DNA of 63,420 nucleotides, filler included, from Octopus bimaculoides (GCF_001194135.2; 6 parts of 6 records of this genome joined end to end with filler, not necessarily neighbours in it); one strand, 5' to 3'. Shown: positions 23,388 to 35,978, numbered from the whole stretch's first letter. The notes: generated from the sequence alone by a model not told the origin. A program made the numbers and translations.

Positions 23388-23408
23388 CTCAACGTGATAT
23401 GGCCGTAA
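23388..23408 (-). pseudogene. 5S rRNA 5'-end fragment
   Basis: rc TTACGGCCATATCACGTTGAG. Confidence 0.6.
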
Positions 23409-25332
23409 TACATTGGCACACATATATGTATTTCACCCACCTCATCATACATATACGTTTATATCCATGTGTTTATGCATTCACCCGCTCATATATCTGT
23501 TCAGATATCTAACAATACTGGTATGTATATCTTTAACGTGCATACTGTAATGAAAAATTAATGTTTTGCTATCCAGTATTTCATTGGATGGTTTAATGAA
23601 CTGGATATAAATGCATACAAGTAAACATAGCTAGCGTGTACTCAGCTATTTATTTAATTCAACTATGTAAGGCCTTATTTTCGCCATCCTGAACTCAGAT
23701 TTTTTAGACCAGTGCTACAAATTATGTTCTCCACACGAAAAACTGTGACAGATTTCAATGGGAGACTTTGGTGTAGATCAAATGAGTTTGATTCCCTTAA
23801 TAAAGCAATGGGATTCAGTGACTCTGCAGAAGTCACGGACCAGTCAGTGTGTACATCATGTCCCAAATTAAATTCTGGTTCCCTAATATGCTGCATAGGC
23901 TGTTTAGAGATGACACTCTCTTCATAGTGTTCAATGTAGTAAGGTTAAAATGGTGAAGCATAGAAAACTTCTCTCCAAATTTTTCTGAAATTTTGGGTTA
24001 TCCATCACTTTTGAAAATAATTCCCATTTGATAAATTTTCTTTGAGATTTGATACAGGATTATTTGAACCTTTCCACAAGTCCAATGAGCACCTGAGGTA
24101 CAATGATGTAGTCAAATCGCTCACCTTCTATAATAAAAGGACTAGTGAAAACCTTGTCTAATAGAATATCAAGACTTAGCAAATGAAGAAATATTTAATG
24201 CACCCTATTATAATGCTGCATTGGCATAAAAAAAAATGAAATATATGTACGATAATAATAGACTTAATTTTAGTTACCATGACACTAAACCAACTAAATC
24301 CCACATAACGACACACAGTTGTAAACAGAACTGAGGGAGACATCCTAAATATATCACAAAAATACCAGTGATAAAACAGGAACTGTGAATAAGGAACACC
24401 AAAATATGAGAGTCAACATCTAACTTCTCTGTGTTAAGTAGTCAATACATCTTGAAATCTGTTACTCCTTACAATTATTATACAATCATATTTCAATCCT
24501 GTAAGATGAAACAACAACTGCCACAGAACTCCTGAATGGTATACATATTATTCAAAATTTGACACTTTAAATTAAAAATGTAAAAAAAAACAACACATGT
24601 ACTTGTGTAGCAAATGATTTGATCTGAGGACACATGTTGGGAGTAAAACAATTGTAGCATGAAAGACACACAGCCATTCAAAAACACTCAAAAATTGTTA
24701 ACTTCTCTTGACCCTTTAGCATTTAATCTGAACATATCCAGCCCAAATATTCTACCTGATTTATGTTAAAACTGACCAGATCCAATCTCTCACACCTACC
24801 CTACAATGTCATTCTAAAAATATGCAAACACACCATTGAAATTTTGAAGTTGCAAGATAATGTGTGACTAATTCAAAACAGACAGAATAATCTGAATGTT
24901 AAAGGGTTAAACATTTATTATTTGGTATCAAAATTTGTGTTGCTCTAACCATAACATGGTCACTAACACACTTTTGGTGCAACTGGTTTGAGGCAAAACT
25001 GGGTCAGTTTATATGGGCTTCAGAGTTTTAAATATAATGAGTTTTTTTTTTGTTTTTTGTGTCAGGTCAGTCACTCTGGTTGTCATTGCCTGATACTCAT
25101 AGGTAGTCAATTAACTTGGCATTTGGTTGTAATTTGTGTACTCTTTCTTACTTCAGGAAGACAATCTATACTTAGTGTGCAGATTTGGAGATATTTCTAA
25201 ATCTAATACTGTTTTGAAATAAATATAGAACCTTTAATATACAGAAACTTATATTAGATTAGCAAATAAATTCACCATGTAAATGGTGTTTTATTTGGCA
25301 TTGGAACTTAGGTAGAACACAATAAGATTGAA

Positions 25333-25530
25333 TAAGGTGACAAGCTGGCAAAATCGTTATCTGCATTTCATCTGCTTTTACATTTTGAATTCAAATTCCA
25401 CTTAGGTCAACTTAACTTTTCATCTGTTTGTGATAGATAAAGCACCAGTTGAATACTGGGGTGGTTATAATCAACTAGTCCCTTTCCCCCCACAATTCCA
25501 GGCCTTATGTCTATGGTAAAATAGATTTAT
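25333..25530 (+). mobile_element. SINE family C, CpG-decayed copy
   Basis: AAGGTGACAAGCTGGCAAAATCGTTA...GAATTCAAATTCC...GAATACTGGGGTGG...GGCCTTATGTCTATGGTA. Confidence 0.8.
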
Positions 25531-25949
25531 TAGATGGGGTGCAATAGCATGGTTGTGCAGCTCATCAATTTGTTGCAACTGAGAAGTGCAGTCTCTTGTT
25601 CTATGGTGGTGAAGGGTTAGTGGGACTGCAATGTGTATAATCTTTCCTTGTCCCATTTAAAGTAGCTGATTCAAAGATAAAGATGCATTGGAGAAATCTT
25701 TCTCAGGACTTGACTTGTACTTTGTACTGCAGTGATCTGGGTTCTTACTAAGTAGACTCACTATCATTCCTTCCATACAAACACAAAAAGCAAGCATTTT
25801 TACAGACTCACACTGACCAATATCTTCAGCTGATGTATATGATTGCTTCTCATTCAGATACAAGGTCAGCAATTTTCAGGGGAGGAGTGGGGTTATTTGA
25901 TTACCTCAACCTCCTCTACTTGATTGGTATTATATTATGTTGACTGAAG

Positions 25950-26045
25950 AAAACAAGCTCGCAGAATTCTTAGTACACCAGACAAAATGCTTAGCGGCTT
26001 TTCTCCTGGCTTTACATTTTGAGTTCAAATGCTACCAAGATCAAT
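25950..26045 (+). mobile_element. SINE family C head fragment
   Basis: AGCTCGCAGAATTCTTAGTACACCAGACAAAATGCTTAGCGGC...GAGTTCAAAT. Confidence 0.7.
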
Positions 26046-27207
26046 TAAAGTAAGATTTCAGTGTTAATTGTAATAAGTCGAATTGGATAATTGAAATACT
26101 GAAAAAAGAAATTGACTCTAAGTAACAGATGTAAAATTGATCTCCAAAATAATATTTTACAGAAATGCATTTTTTATTGATTTGAGGAGGGAGACATTTA
26201 CACTTAGATTTCTCAGATGGAGTGAGACTTAAAATACAAGGCAAATTGTCATGTGTAAACTTGTCCAGTTCCATGACAAAGAAAAAAGAATTATATGTAT
26301 GCAAACTGTATTTTGCCTCCTCATTAATAAAGAGGGAAAAATTTTCAGAAATCTATGAGCATAGAGCTAGTAGCAGTCAGCTAGAGGACCGCTGCCTCGC
26401 AGAAACTTGTATAAAATGAGTTTAGTAAAATTTTCGAAAAATAAGAGTTCTGTCCCTTTGATAAGAACTTCAAGCGTCTTCAAATATCAATAACGGAAAA
26501 AAATGTTTAAAATGGTGGCAGTGGATGGGGACATTAAAAAACAAAAGGAAATATTTGTAGCAGCTTAGCGTTAAAGTCAGCTTGTTCCAGTCGTACCAGC
26601 CTAGCCCAATCCTTTTATTCCGACATGATGTACCTAGAACTACATCTATTAACCAGTCTTCTAAGACTGTAAGCACACAATTAAAGTAAGATTTCACTGA
26701 CAAGCGACTCTTTTGTTGGTTTGAAATTCAGGGCTTTGCTGTCAATAGCATCGACATTTCTGCTTAATTTGATCGACTTGGAATATTGCAAACAAATGCT
26801 AAACATTTGAAGTAATTGAAGGTAAATAACTCATACAGAATAAAATCAGAGTGACTTCCCTTGGCATTCACCTTTTTTTTTTCTTTCTTTTATGTTTGTT
26901 ATGATGTATAGACCAGTGACCAAACGAGAACAAGCGTGAGAGAATCATTTATTTTGTTACTTACTGCATAATGTATCAAATACTACAATGTGCTGTGTGT
27001 CTATTTTCTAGTTCTAGTCTTTCTCATTCGCAAAGCAAGCCTCCTTTAATTTTGCTCAGATTGCTTTCAATTTTGCTGTATCGATGTGCAACTCTGAATT
27101 TTGAATACGACCAACGAATTTCTTTATCCCGTAAATTAAAGAATTTGATGTTATTTGGAATTAAAATTGGGTAATTTGGGTAATTGTAGTCAATGAACAG
27201 ACAACGT

Positions 27208-27221
27208 GTTACCATGAAAAC
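27208..27221. promoter_or_regulatory. RFX X-box motif
   Basis: GTTACC-AT-GAAAAC fits GTHNYY-AT-RRNAAC, in a locally CpG-containing non-repeat patch. Confidence 0.35.
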
Positions 27222-29142
27222 CACACACTGCGTTCACATTTCAACAGCTTAACTGAAATTTAGCATACGTAACAGAAACTGAGAGAGATATAGTGGAACA
27301 GAGAAACTATGGGTGATACAGATAATTTGACATTATTTTTTATTTATGCAGGCAAAAACATACAAGATACAGGTATTCTTTTCCTTGGGACAAATTCTTT
27401 GTTGACTAGTGTTATTCTTGTCGTAGTTTACAATCCAAGCATGAAAACGTTACTCCACTTTGGAGTTTGGGAGACAGACGCTCTATTTTCACACACACAC
27501 ATGCACTTATATATTAATGATGTACATAAATACATAGCAGGTATACATAATACTGAAGTACACATAAAGTAAACACATGCAGACAAATATATTAATATAA
27601 CAAATTTTTTTAACTGATAATAACATACAATCAATGAAGAGACAAAAGAAACAGTAAGATGATACATGTTGATTTTATTAGGTATTTCTGTTTATTTAGA
27701 AACCTACAATGAACAGGTTAGACGCTAAACTATAAATTTCACAGGGTACTGCCTCAAAGTTGACACCACCCCAATAAACACAGAAAATTTCTGTCTTGCT
27801 ATTGGCTAAAAATACCCAGTTTTTTTCGATTTTTAAATCTCTATAACTTTTTTCTCTACAACATAATACCTTCAAAGCAATGAGACTGGAAGGCTACATT
27901 ATTATAGCCGATTTTTAGATTTTTTACTTCCTTTTAAAAAATGCATATTGTACGAATGAAAAAAAACTAGATCCTCATTTCTTAATACTTTATGTGATTT
28001 AAAAGAATTTAAATGCTATTTCTGTTTGTATAGTTATATATATTTTAATGTTTGTTTTTATGTCATTACAATAAAAACAATTTTACATTCATCTGATGGA
28101 GTACTCTGTACGTTTTGTACGTCCATGTATTAGTATCAAGTGATAATGTATCAACTATAAGTTAGCAGGAAACCTACAAAAAGTTAAACATTTAATCATG
28201 TGTTCATTCTCTACAAACACTTGACAAAAACATTCAGAGCATTGATTGTTTGGACATATCCAATCAACCGTGACGGCTTTAGTTTACTGCGCTAAACATT
28301 GTCGCTTGATAGTAATAAACAGATGTAGTAGGGAACCTACAAAACTTTCTATGACCAGTCATGTGGCTATCCTCAACCAATCTAATCCTATCCAAAACAT
28401 ATACTAATTTGAGCCATGAACTCCCTACAAAAATAGGGCACGCTTCAAACACTAGTCAGAAGCAAGACAGCTGAAAATCAGTGTAAACTGAAACCGGTTA
28501 AAGCTTTAAATATATTAATAAAAAATATNNNNNNNNNNNNNNNNNNNNNNNNNNNNNNNNNNNNNNNNNNNNNNNNNNNNNNNNNNNNNNNNNNNNNNNN
28601 NNNNNNNNNNNNNNNNNNNNNNNNNNNNNNNNNNNNNNNNNNNNNNNNNNNNNNNNNNNNNNNNNNNNNNNNNNNNNNNNNNNNNNNNNNNNNNNNNNNN
28701 NNNNNNNNNNNNNNNNNNNNNNNNNNNNNNNNNNNNNNNNNNNNNNNNNNNNNNNNNNNNNNNNNNNNNNNNNNNNNNNNNNNNNNNNNNNNNNNNNNNN
28801 NNNNNNNNNNNNNNNNNNNNNNNNNNNNNNNNNNNNNNNNNNNNNNNNNNNNNNNNNNNNNNNNNNNNNNNNNNNNNNNNNNNNNNNNNNNNNNNNNNNN
28901 NNNNNNNNNNNNNNNNNNNNNNNNNNNNNNNNNNNNNNNNNNNNNNNNNNNNNNNNNNNNNNNNNNNNNNNNNNNNNNNNNNNNNNNNNNNNNNNNNNNN
29001 NNNNNNNNNNNNNNNNNNNNNNNNNNNNNNNNNNNNNNNNNNNNNNNNNNNNNNNNNNNNNNNNNNNNNNNNNNNNNNNNNNNNNNNNNNNNNNNNNNNN
29101 NNNNNNNNNNNNNNNNNNNNNNNNNNNNNNNNNNNTACATAT

Positions 29143-29513
29143 AGGCACAGGAGTGGGTGTGTGGTAAGTAGCCTGCGTACCAACCACATGATTCCAGGTT
29201 CAGTCCCACTGTCTGGCACCTTGGGCAAGTGTCTTCCACTATAGCCTCAGTCAACCAAAGCCTTGTGAGTGGATTTGGTAGACAGAAACTGAAAGAAGCT
29301 CGTCGTGTATATATATATATGTGTGTGTGTGTTTGTGTGTCTGTCCCCCCAACATTGCTTGACAACCAATGCTGGTGTGTTTACATCCCCATAATTTAGC
29401 AATTCAGCAAAAGAAACAGGCTTACAAAGAATAAGTCCTGGCGTCGGTTTGCTCAATTAAAGGCGGTGCTCCAGCATGGCCGCAGTCAAATGACTGAAAC
29501 AAATAAAAGAATA
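29143..29513 (+). mobile_element. SINE family A, full length
   Basis: Head, CORE-like domain, internal (TA)n(TG)n, 3' GGCGGTGCTCCAGCATGGCCGCAGTCAAATGACTGAAACAA and AAAAGAATA tail. Confidence 0.9.
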
Positions 29514-29515
29514 TA

Positions 29516-31152
29516 CATGATAGTAGGCTGAAAGGTACACAGACTGACTATGAAATAGTGATGCTTGAGCTGTAAAATTTTGCATGCATTAATTTCAACT
29601 CTTCTTATTAATAACTGCATTATCTCTTTCCAGGTAAACTGAAAGCTGATTGTTCAAAGACTTCAAAAGTAATTGGTAGAGACTTCTTGTGAAAATGCAC
29701 AAAATTCGTCATTGTGGTGTTATCAAGTACCTGCAAAAAAAGGGTTTATACCCCAATGATATTCATGCTGACATGCTTGCTACTATATGAGCTGATACTC
29801 CAGCTTTATCAACAGTGCAAAAGTGGGAAGCTGAATTTAGGAGGAGCTGGGAAAGGCTTGAGATGACCCAAGATCTGTACCACTGAGGAAAAGGTGATTG
29901 TATTCAACACATAGTGATGGTTGAGGCAGTGGAGGCGCAATGGCCTAGTGGTTAAGGCAACGAACTCGCGGTCATAGGATCGCGGTTTCGATTCCCAGAC
30001 CAGGCGTTGTGAGTGTTTATTGAGCGAAAACACCTAAAGCTCCATGAGGCTTCGGCAGGGGATGGTGGCGAACCCTGCTCTACTCTTCCACCACAACTTT
30101 CTCTCACTCTTTCTTCCTATTTCTGTTGTGCCTGTAATTCAAAGGGTCAGCCTTGTCACACTGTGTCACGCTGAATATCCCCGAGAATTACGTTAAGAGT
30201 ACACGTGTCTGTGGAGTGCTCAGCCACTTGCACGTTAATTTCACGAGCAGGCTGTTCTGTTGATCGGATCAACTGGAACCCTCGACGTTGTAAGTGACGG
30301 AGTGCCAACAACAACGATGGTTGAGGCAAGTGATTATAAATCAAAGAGCCAATGCTGTTAGCATATCCCATGAGACAATTAAGAATATTCTACAGAATGA
30401 ATGTATCTTATCAGTGGGTGGAATGTCTTCTGACACCTGATCAAAAGCACACCAGGCTGATCACATCATGGGAAAATGTGACATTTTTTGGGGTAGATCC
30501 AGCTGGTTTCCTTGAATGTTTCGTAAACCAGGATGAGTGTTGGCTTCATTACTTGAGCCAGAGATAAAGAGTTAATCTATGCTGTGGAAACATTCCTCCT
30601 CGCCTGCACAAAAGAAGACCAATGTCATTTCATCTGTAGGGAAGATGATGGCCTCAATTTTTTGAGATGCAAAAGGCATTGTGTTTATTGACTATCTTCA
30701 AAAGGACCACAACATTAATGGGGCGCACTATGTCAACTTGCTGAGGTAGTTATGAAAGGCTATCAAGACCAAACACCCCAAAACAGACAAAATGAGTATT
30801 GTTTCATTAGGACATTTCTCCAGCACACAAGTCAATGTCTGCTGTGCATGACTGGCTTTGAACTGGTTGATCACCCCCCCACTATTCTCTTGATTTGGCC
30901 TCATCTGATTTCATCTGTTCTCCAACAAGTAAAAACACTTGGCTGGGAAGCAGTATTACAGTGATGATGACATCATATCTGCTGTTGTTTCTAGTTACTT
31001 TTGAAGTCTTATTTGGGCAGTTAAATGTCAGTTTACCTGGAAAGAAACGATGAGTTTAATAAGAAATGCTGAAAATAATGTATGCAAGCTATCACAGCTC
31101 TAGCATCACTCCTTCATATACAGCCTATGAACCTTTCAGCCCCCACCCCTTG
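29516..31152 (+). mobile_element. Mariner DNA transposon (degenerate), interrupted by SINE B
   Basis: ~70-bp imperfect terminal inverted repeats (GGCTGAAAGG...GTGATGCT.GAGCTGT); RHCGVIKYLQKKG, STVQKW, QDECWLHY and a PYSxDLAxSD-like motif. Confidence 0.88.
29929..30315 (+). mobile_element. SINE family B, full length with 13-bp TSD
   Basis: TSD GATGGTTGAGGCA at 29916-29928 and 30316-30328; (ACA)n tail. Confidence 0.93.
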
Positions 31153-31194
31153 AATATATGAATTTGTATGTATATACATATGTGTGTGTGCAGG

Positions 31195-31404
31195 TGTCTT
31201 TGTTTCCCCACCACTGCTTGACAACTGGTGTTGGTGTGTTTATGTCCCTGTTACTTAGCAGTTTGGTGAAATAGACCAATAGAATAAGTACCAGGCTTTA
31301 AAAAAATAAGTAATGGAGTGAATTCATTTGACTAAAATTCTACAAGGTGGTGCCCTAGCATGGCTGCAGTCTAATGACTAAAACAAGTAAAAAACAAAAA
31401 AAGA
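31195..31404 (+). mobile_element. SINE family A, 3' half
   Basis: GTTTCCCCACCACTGCTTGACAACTGG...GGTGGTGCCCTAGCATGGCTGCAG...AAACAAGTAAA. Confidence 0.8.
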
Positions 31405-31566
31405 TTGTATCGAATGCAACACTTGTGATGGTATTATAGCCAGGAGTATTGATCTGAGAATGATGATAGCATTGAGCAGTTTGGGTGGGCAAGGGAACAA
31501 TGTCACAGTCAGTTTAGTTGTAATAAGTTGCAGTCCTCTATTTGACAAGAAAAAAGTTCAGTATAT

Positions 31567-31722
31567 AGGTGCAGGCATAGCTGTGTGATAAAAGGCTTGC
31601 TTCCCAACCACATAGTTCTGGATTCAGTCTGACTGTGGCACCTTGGGCAAGTGTCTTTTACTATAGCCTCAGACTGACTGAAGACTTGTGAGTAGATTTG
31701 GTAGACGGAAACTGAAAGAAGT

Positions 31723-31764
<42 letters not shown>

Positions 31765-31953
31765 NNNNNNNNNNNNNNNNNNNNNNNNNNNNNNNNNNNN
31801 NNNNNNNNNNNNNNNNNNNNNNNNNNNNNNNNNNNNNNNNNNNNNNNNNNNNNNNNNNNNNNNNNNNNNNNNNNNNNNNNNNNNNNNNNNNNNNNNNNNN
31901 NNNNNNATGAACTACAGACAACGGAACGAACACATAGGAAAACAGAAAGCCAA

Positions 31954-31988
<35 letters not shown>

Positions 31989-32207
31989 TTGTATGTATAT
32001 ATATATGTATTTGTGTATGTGTGTGTGTGTGCTTGTCCCCCCTGCCATCGCTTGACAGCTGATGTTGGTGTGTCTATGTCCCCATAACTTAGTGGTTCAG
32101 CTAAAATGACCAATGGAATAAGTCCTGGGATCAATTTCTTTGATTAAAACACTTTAAGGCAGTGCTCTAGCATGGCCACAATCAAATGACTGAAACAAAT
32201 AGAAGAA
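31567..32207 (+). mobile_element. SINE family A spanning a gap at its internal microsatellite
   Basis: 5' half 31567-31728, (TA)n and gap, 3' half 32020-32207. Confidence 0.75.
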
Positions 32208-32313
32208 TATAAGCCAGCCACATGGTTCTGGGTTCAGTTCCACTGTGTGGCACCGAAGACTTGTGAGTGGATTTGGTAGACAGAAACTGAAAGAAGCCTT
32301 TTATGTCTATATA

Positions 32314-32484
32314 CATCATCATCATTTTACGTCCGCTTTCCATGCTGGCATGGGTTGGATGGTTTGACTGAGGACTGATGAGCCAGAGGCTGCACCAGGC
32401 TCAATCTAATCTGGCAAAGTTTCTACAGCTGGATGCCCTTCCTAACGCCAACCACTCTGAGAGTGTACTAGGTGCTTTTACGTC
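32314..32484 (-). mobile_element. SINE family D (GGAAGGGCATCCAGC body, (GAT)n tail)
   Basis: rc GTGGTTGGCGTTAGGAAGGGCATCCAGCTGTAGAAAC...CCAACCCATGCCAGCATGGAAAGCGGACG followed by (GAT)n. Confidence 0.8.
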
Positions 32485-32606
32485 CAATCGTAACCATATA
32501 GAGCCTGTTAAATAAAAAAGAAACTGTTCTAATAAATGGTTTCTTATAAAAAGATAAACTGTTCCTATGTATGGAAACTTTTGAATCACTCTGTGTATAT
32601 ATATAT

Positions 32607-32773
32607 GGTGCCATGTAAAAGCGGCCCAGCACACTGTGAGATGGTTGGTGTTATGAAGGACATCCAGCCGTGGAAACCATGCCAAATTAGACTGGAATCT
32701 GGTGCAGCTTGCCAGCCCTGGTCAAACCATCCAGCCCATACCAGCATGGACAATGGACATTAAATGATAATGA

Positions 32774-32777
<4 letters not shown>
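32607..32777 (+). mobile_element. SINE family D, opposite orientation
   Basis: GGTTGGTGTTATGAAGGACATCCAGCCGTGGAAAC...CCAGCATGGACAATGGACATTAAATGATAATGATG. Confidence 0.8.
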
Positions 32778-32826
<49 letters not shown>

Positions 32827-33597
32827 TACACACATACACACAAACACATACATACATAATTTATCAAAAATAAAGGTATTTACAGAAAATCTATGCAGTA
32901 GCTTCTGCATGAATTCCATAGCTTGCTGATAACTGTCAGCTCTTTATTGATACCATCATATTAAGCACATATGTTAGCTAATCTGTTATAATACAAAGAC
33001 AATCACAATTATAATAAGCTTCTCTGATTGCAACATTATCTGGACTGGAGTTTTTAGCTATTGTTGATTTCTAACATTTTACGACGATGATGATGATGAT
33101 GAAAGAATTATAAAGGGACTGAACAGTTGTGAATTAACCATTTTTAGATTCCCATCTACTAGTTTTTTTTCCTATATAATTACTTCCAAGTCAAAAGAAT
33201 GCTTGCTTCTAATAAAGCAGTAAATAGTAATTCCACAATTCTCTCACAGTGGATTATGTTGAACTTATCCTCATCATTGAAGGATGCTACCACACTTAGC
33301 CTTGTCAGATTTGGTGTAATTGCAGAATGATTTTGATGTCTAGAATTAGTCTAAGCACTGGAGGATTTGGCTGGAGGGATTTTGCAAAAAGATCTATTTG
33401 ATAACACCATAACTAAATGCAGCTAAACTATGAATAATGCAAGATATTTTATTTTCAAACAGCTTGCAGTTAGTTTTAAATCGTAGGAATAAGTTTATAC
33501 CAGTTTTAAACAGTCTAATTGAACCTAAAGCAGTGTCAACTAGGATGGGATGAGCATTAAGCCAGCAGAATTTGCTTGAAATAGTTTGGGAAAAAAA

Positions 33598-34205
33598 TTA
33601 TTTTGGACCAGTATAAACCAATATAAACTGGTTTTAAAAAAATGATCTGGGACCAATATAAACTGGTTTAAAAAAATGATTTGGGACCAATATAAATCAA
33701 TATAAACTGGTTTTAAAAAATGATTTTGACCAATATAAATCAATATAAACTGGTTTAAAAAAATGATTTTGACTAATTTAAACCAACATAAACTGATTTT
33801 AAAAAATAATTTTGGACTGATATAAACCAATATAACTGGTTCTAAAAAATAATTTTGGACCAATATAAACCAATACAAAATCATCTTCATCATCATCATC
33901 GTTTAACGTCCGCTTTCCATGCTAGCATGGGTTGGACAATTTGACTAAGGACTGGAGAACCAGATAGCTGCACCAGGCTCTAATCTGATCTGGCAGAGTT
34001 TCTACAGCTAGATGCCCTTCCTAATGCCAACCACTCTGAGAGTGTAGTGGGTGCTTTTACGTGCCACCAGCACGAGGGCCAGTCAGGTGGTACTGACAAT
34101 GGCCATGCTCAAATGGTGTTTTTTACGTGCCACCTGCACAGGAGCCAGTTTTAAAATATGATTTTGGACCAATATAAGCCAATAATATAAACTGATTTTA
34201 AATTG
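33598..34205. repeat. ~43-45 bp AT-rich minisatellite (about 7 units plus 1), split by a SINE D copy
   Basis: Unit TTTTGGACCAATATAAACCAATATAAACTGGTTTTAAAAAAATGA at 33598-33878, resuming at 34150-34205. Confidence 0.9.
33885..34148 (-). mobile_element. SINE family D inserted in the minisatellite
   Basis: (CAT)n then GTTTAACGTCCGCTTTCCATGC...GATGCCCTTCCTAATGCCAACC...TTACGTGCCAC. Confidence 0.85.
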
Positions 34206-34574
34206 TCTGTTCAAGTTAATACTAGATGTAAGTAGTATGGACTAGACTGGGCCAGCTTCAATCAGTTTAGGCCAGTTTAAACATGTTCTGAACGGTTGGG
34301 ATGAGAAATAACTTTTAACTCAAACATAAAGGTATGACAGAAAACTCACGAATAATACAAACAATTTCATATAGTGTGGCTAAAAATTTTTTAAACCATT
34401 TGTAATCGATTTACATCTCGGTTTATTTACATTATATGATCCTTCAGGCAACAATACAATGTCTTCCTTTCTCTTAGCTATAGAAGATTTTGCAATTTAA
34501 TCACAGAAATTATATTTCTACAGTGAATCCGATGCATATGTTTACATAGCTTTCAATAAGAATTATATATATTC

Positions 34575-34737
34575 ATAGGTGTAGTTGTAGCTGTGTGGTA
34601 AAAAGTTTTCTTCCCAACCACATGGTTCTAGGTTCAGTCTCATAGTATGGTACCTTAGGCAAGTGTTTTCTGTTATAGCCTCGGGTTGATCAAAGATTTG
34701 TGAATGGATTTATTTGATGGAAACTGAAGGAAGCTGA

Positions 34738-34809
<72 letters not shown>

Positions 34810-35570
34810 ACATAACAGGCTTCTTTCAGTTATATACTCTCTCTCTTTTACTTGTTTCANNNNNNNNNNNNNNNNNNNNNNNNNNNNNNNNNNNNNNNNN
34901 NNNNNNNNNNNNNNNNNNNNNNNNNNNNNNNNNNNNNNNNNNNNNNNNNNNNNNNNNNNNNNNNNNNNNNNNNNNNNNNNNNNNNNNNNNNNNNNNNNNN
35001 NNNNNNNNNNNNNNNNNNNNNNNNNNNNNNNNNNNNNNNNNNNNNNNNNNNNNNNNNNNNNNNNNNNNNNNNNNNNNNNNNNNNNNNNNNNNNNNNNNNN
35101 NNNNNNNNNNNNNNNNNNNNNNNNNNNNNNNNNNNNNNNNNNNNNNNNNNNNNNNNNNNNNNNNNNNNNNNNNNNNNNNNNNNNNNNNNNNNNNNNNNNN
35201 NNNNNNNNNNNNNNNNNNNNNNNNNNNNNNNNNNNNNNNNNNNNNNNNNNNNNNNNNNNNNNNNNNNNNNNNNNNNNNNNNNNNNNNNNNNNNNNNNNNN
35301 NNNNNNNNNNNNNNNNNNNNNNNNNNNNNNNTATATATATATATATGGTGGTGGGGGTATGTATGCTGATCCCTATCGCTGCTTGACAATTGGTGTTGGT
35401 TTGTTTATGTCCCCTCCTGGTGCAATATAGTTTGATGCAAGAACTCAATAAAATAAGAACTAGGCTTTAAGAAAAAAGTACTGGGGCTGATTCATTCATC
35501 TAAAACCCTTCAAGGTGGTACCCCAGCTTGACCACAGTCCAACAATTGGAGGAAGTAAGAGATAAAAGAT
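34575..35570 (+). mobile_element. SINE family A halves flanking a microsatellite and gap
   Basis: 5' half 34575-34742; 3' half 35345-35570. Confidence 0.7.
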
Positions 35571-35666
35571 AAATCATACATGTGGTGGGGGGACAAAGTA
35601 CAGCCAACTGTCAGGAGCAAGTATGGATTGGCAATGTGTACTGTACTTTCACTAATTGTTGTAATG

Positions 35667-35978
35667 AAGGTGCGTGGCTTAATGTAAGGGTACTTGGTTC
35701 ATGATCGCAAGGTTATGAGTTCAATTCTTAGTATCCTTGAGCAAAACACTTTATTTCACAGTATGCCAGTCCACTCAGCTGGCAAATATGAATTGTTCCT
35801 GTATTGCAAAGGGCCAGCATTGTTACATTCACTGTGTTGAGCTGAATCTCTCAGAACTATGTTAAGAGTATGGGTGTTTGTGGAGTGGTCAGCCACTTGC
35901 ACGTTAATCTCACAAGCTGGCCGTTTCGTTGATTGGATCAACTGGAACACTCATTGCTCTGTCCGACGGAATGCCAGT
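35667..35978 (+). mobile_element. SINE family B' (different head and CORE-like part, same 3' half as family B)
   Basis: GGTGCGTGGCTTAATG...GAGTTCAATTC...CCTTGAGCAAAACAC, then CCTGTATTGCAAAGGGCCAGC...GGATCAACTGGAAC. Confidence 0.8.

Noticed and set aside
33598-33878. CRISPR-like periodic array
   Set aside because: Units are contiguous with no unique spacers, there are no cas genes, and the context is eukaryotic.
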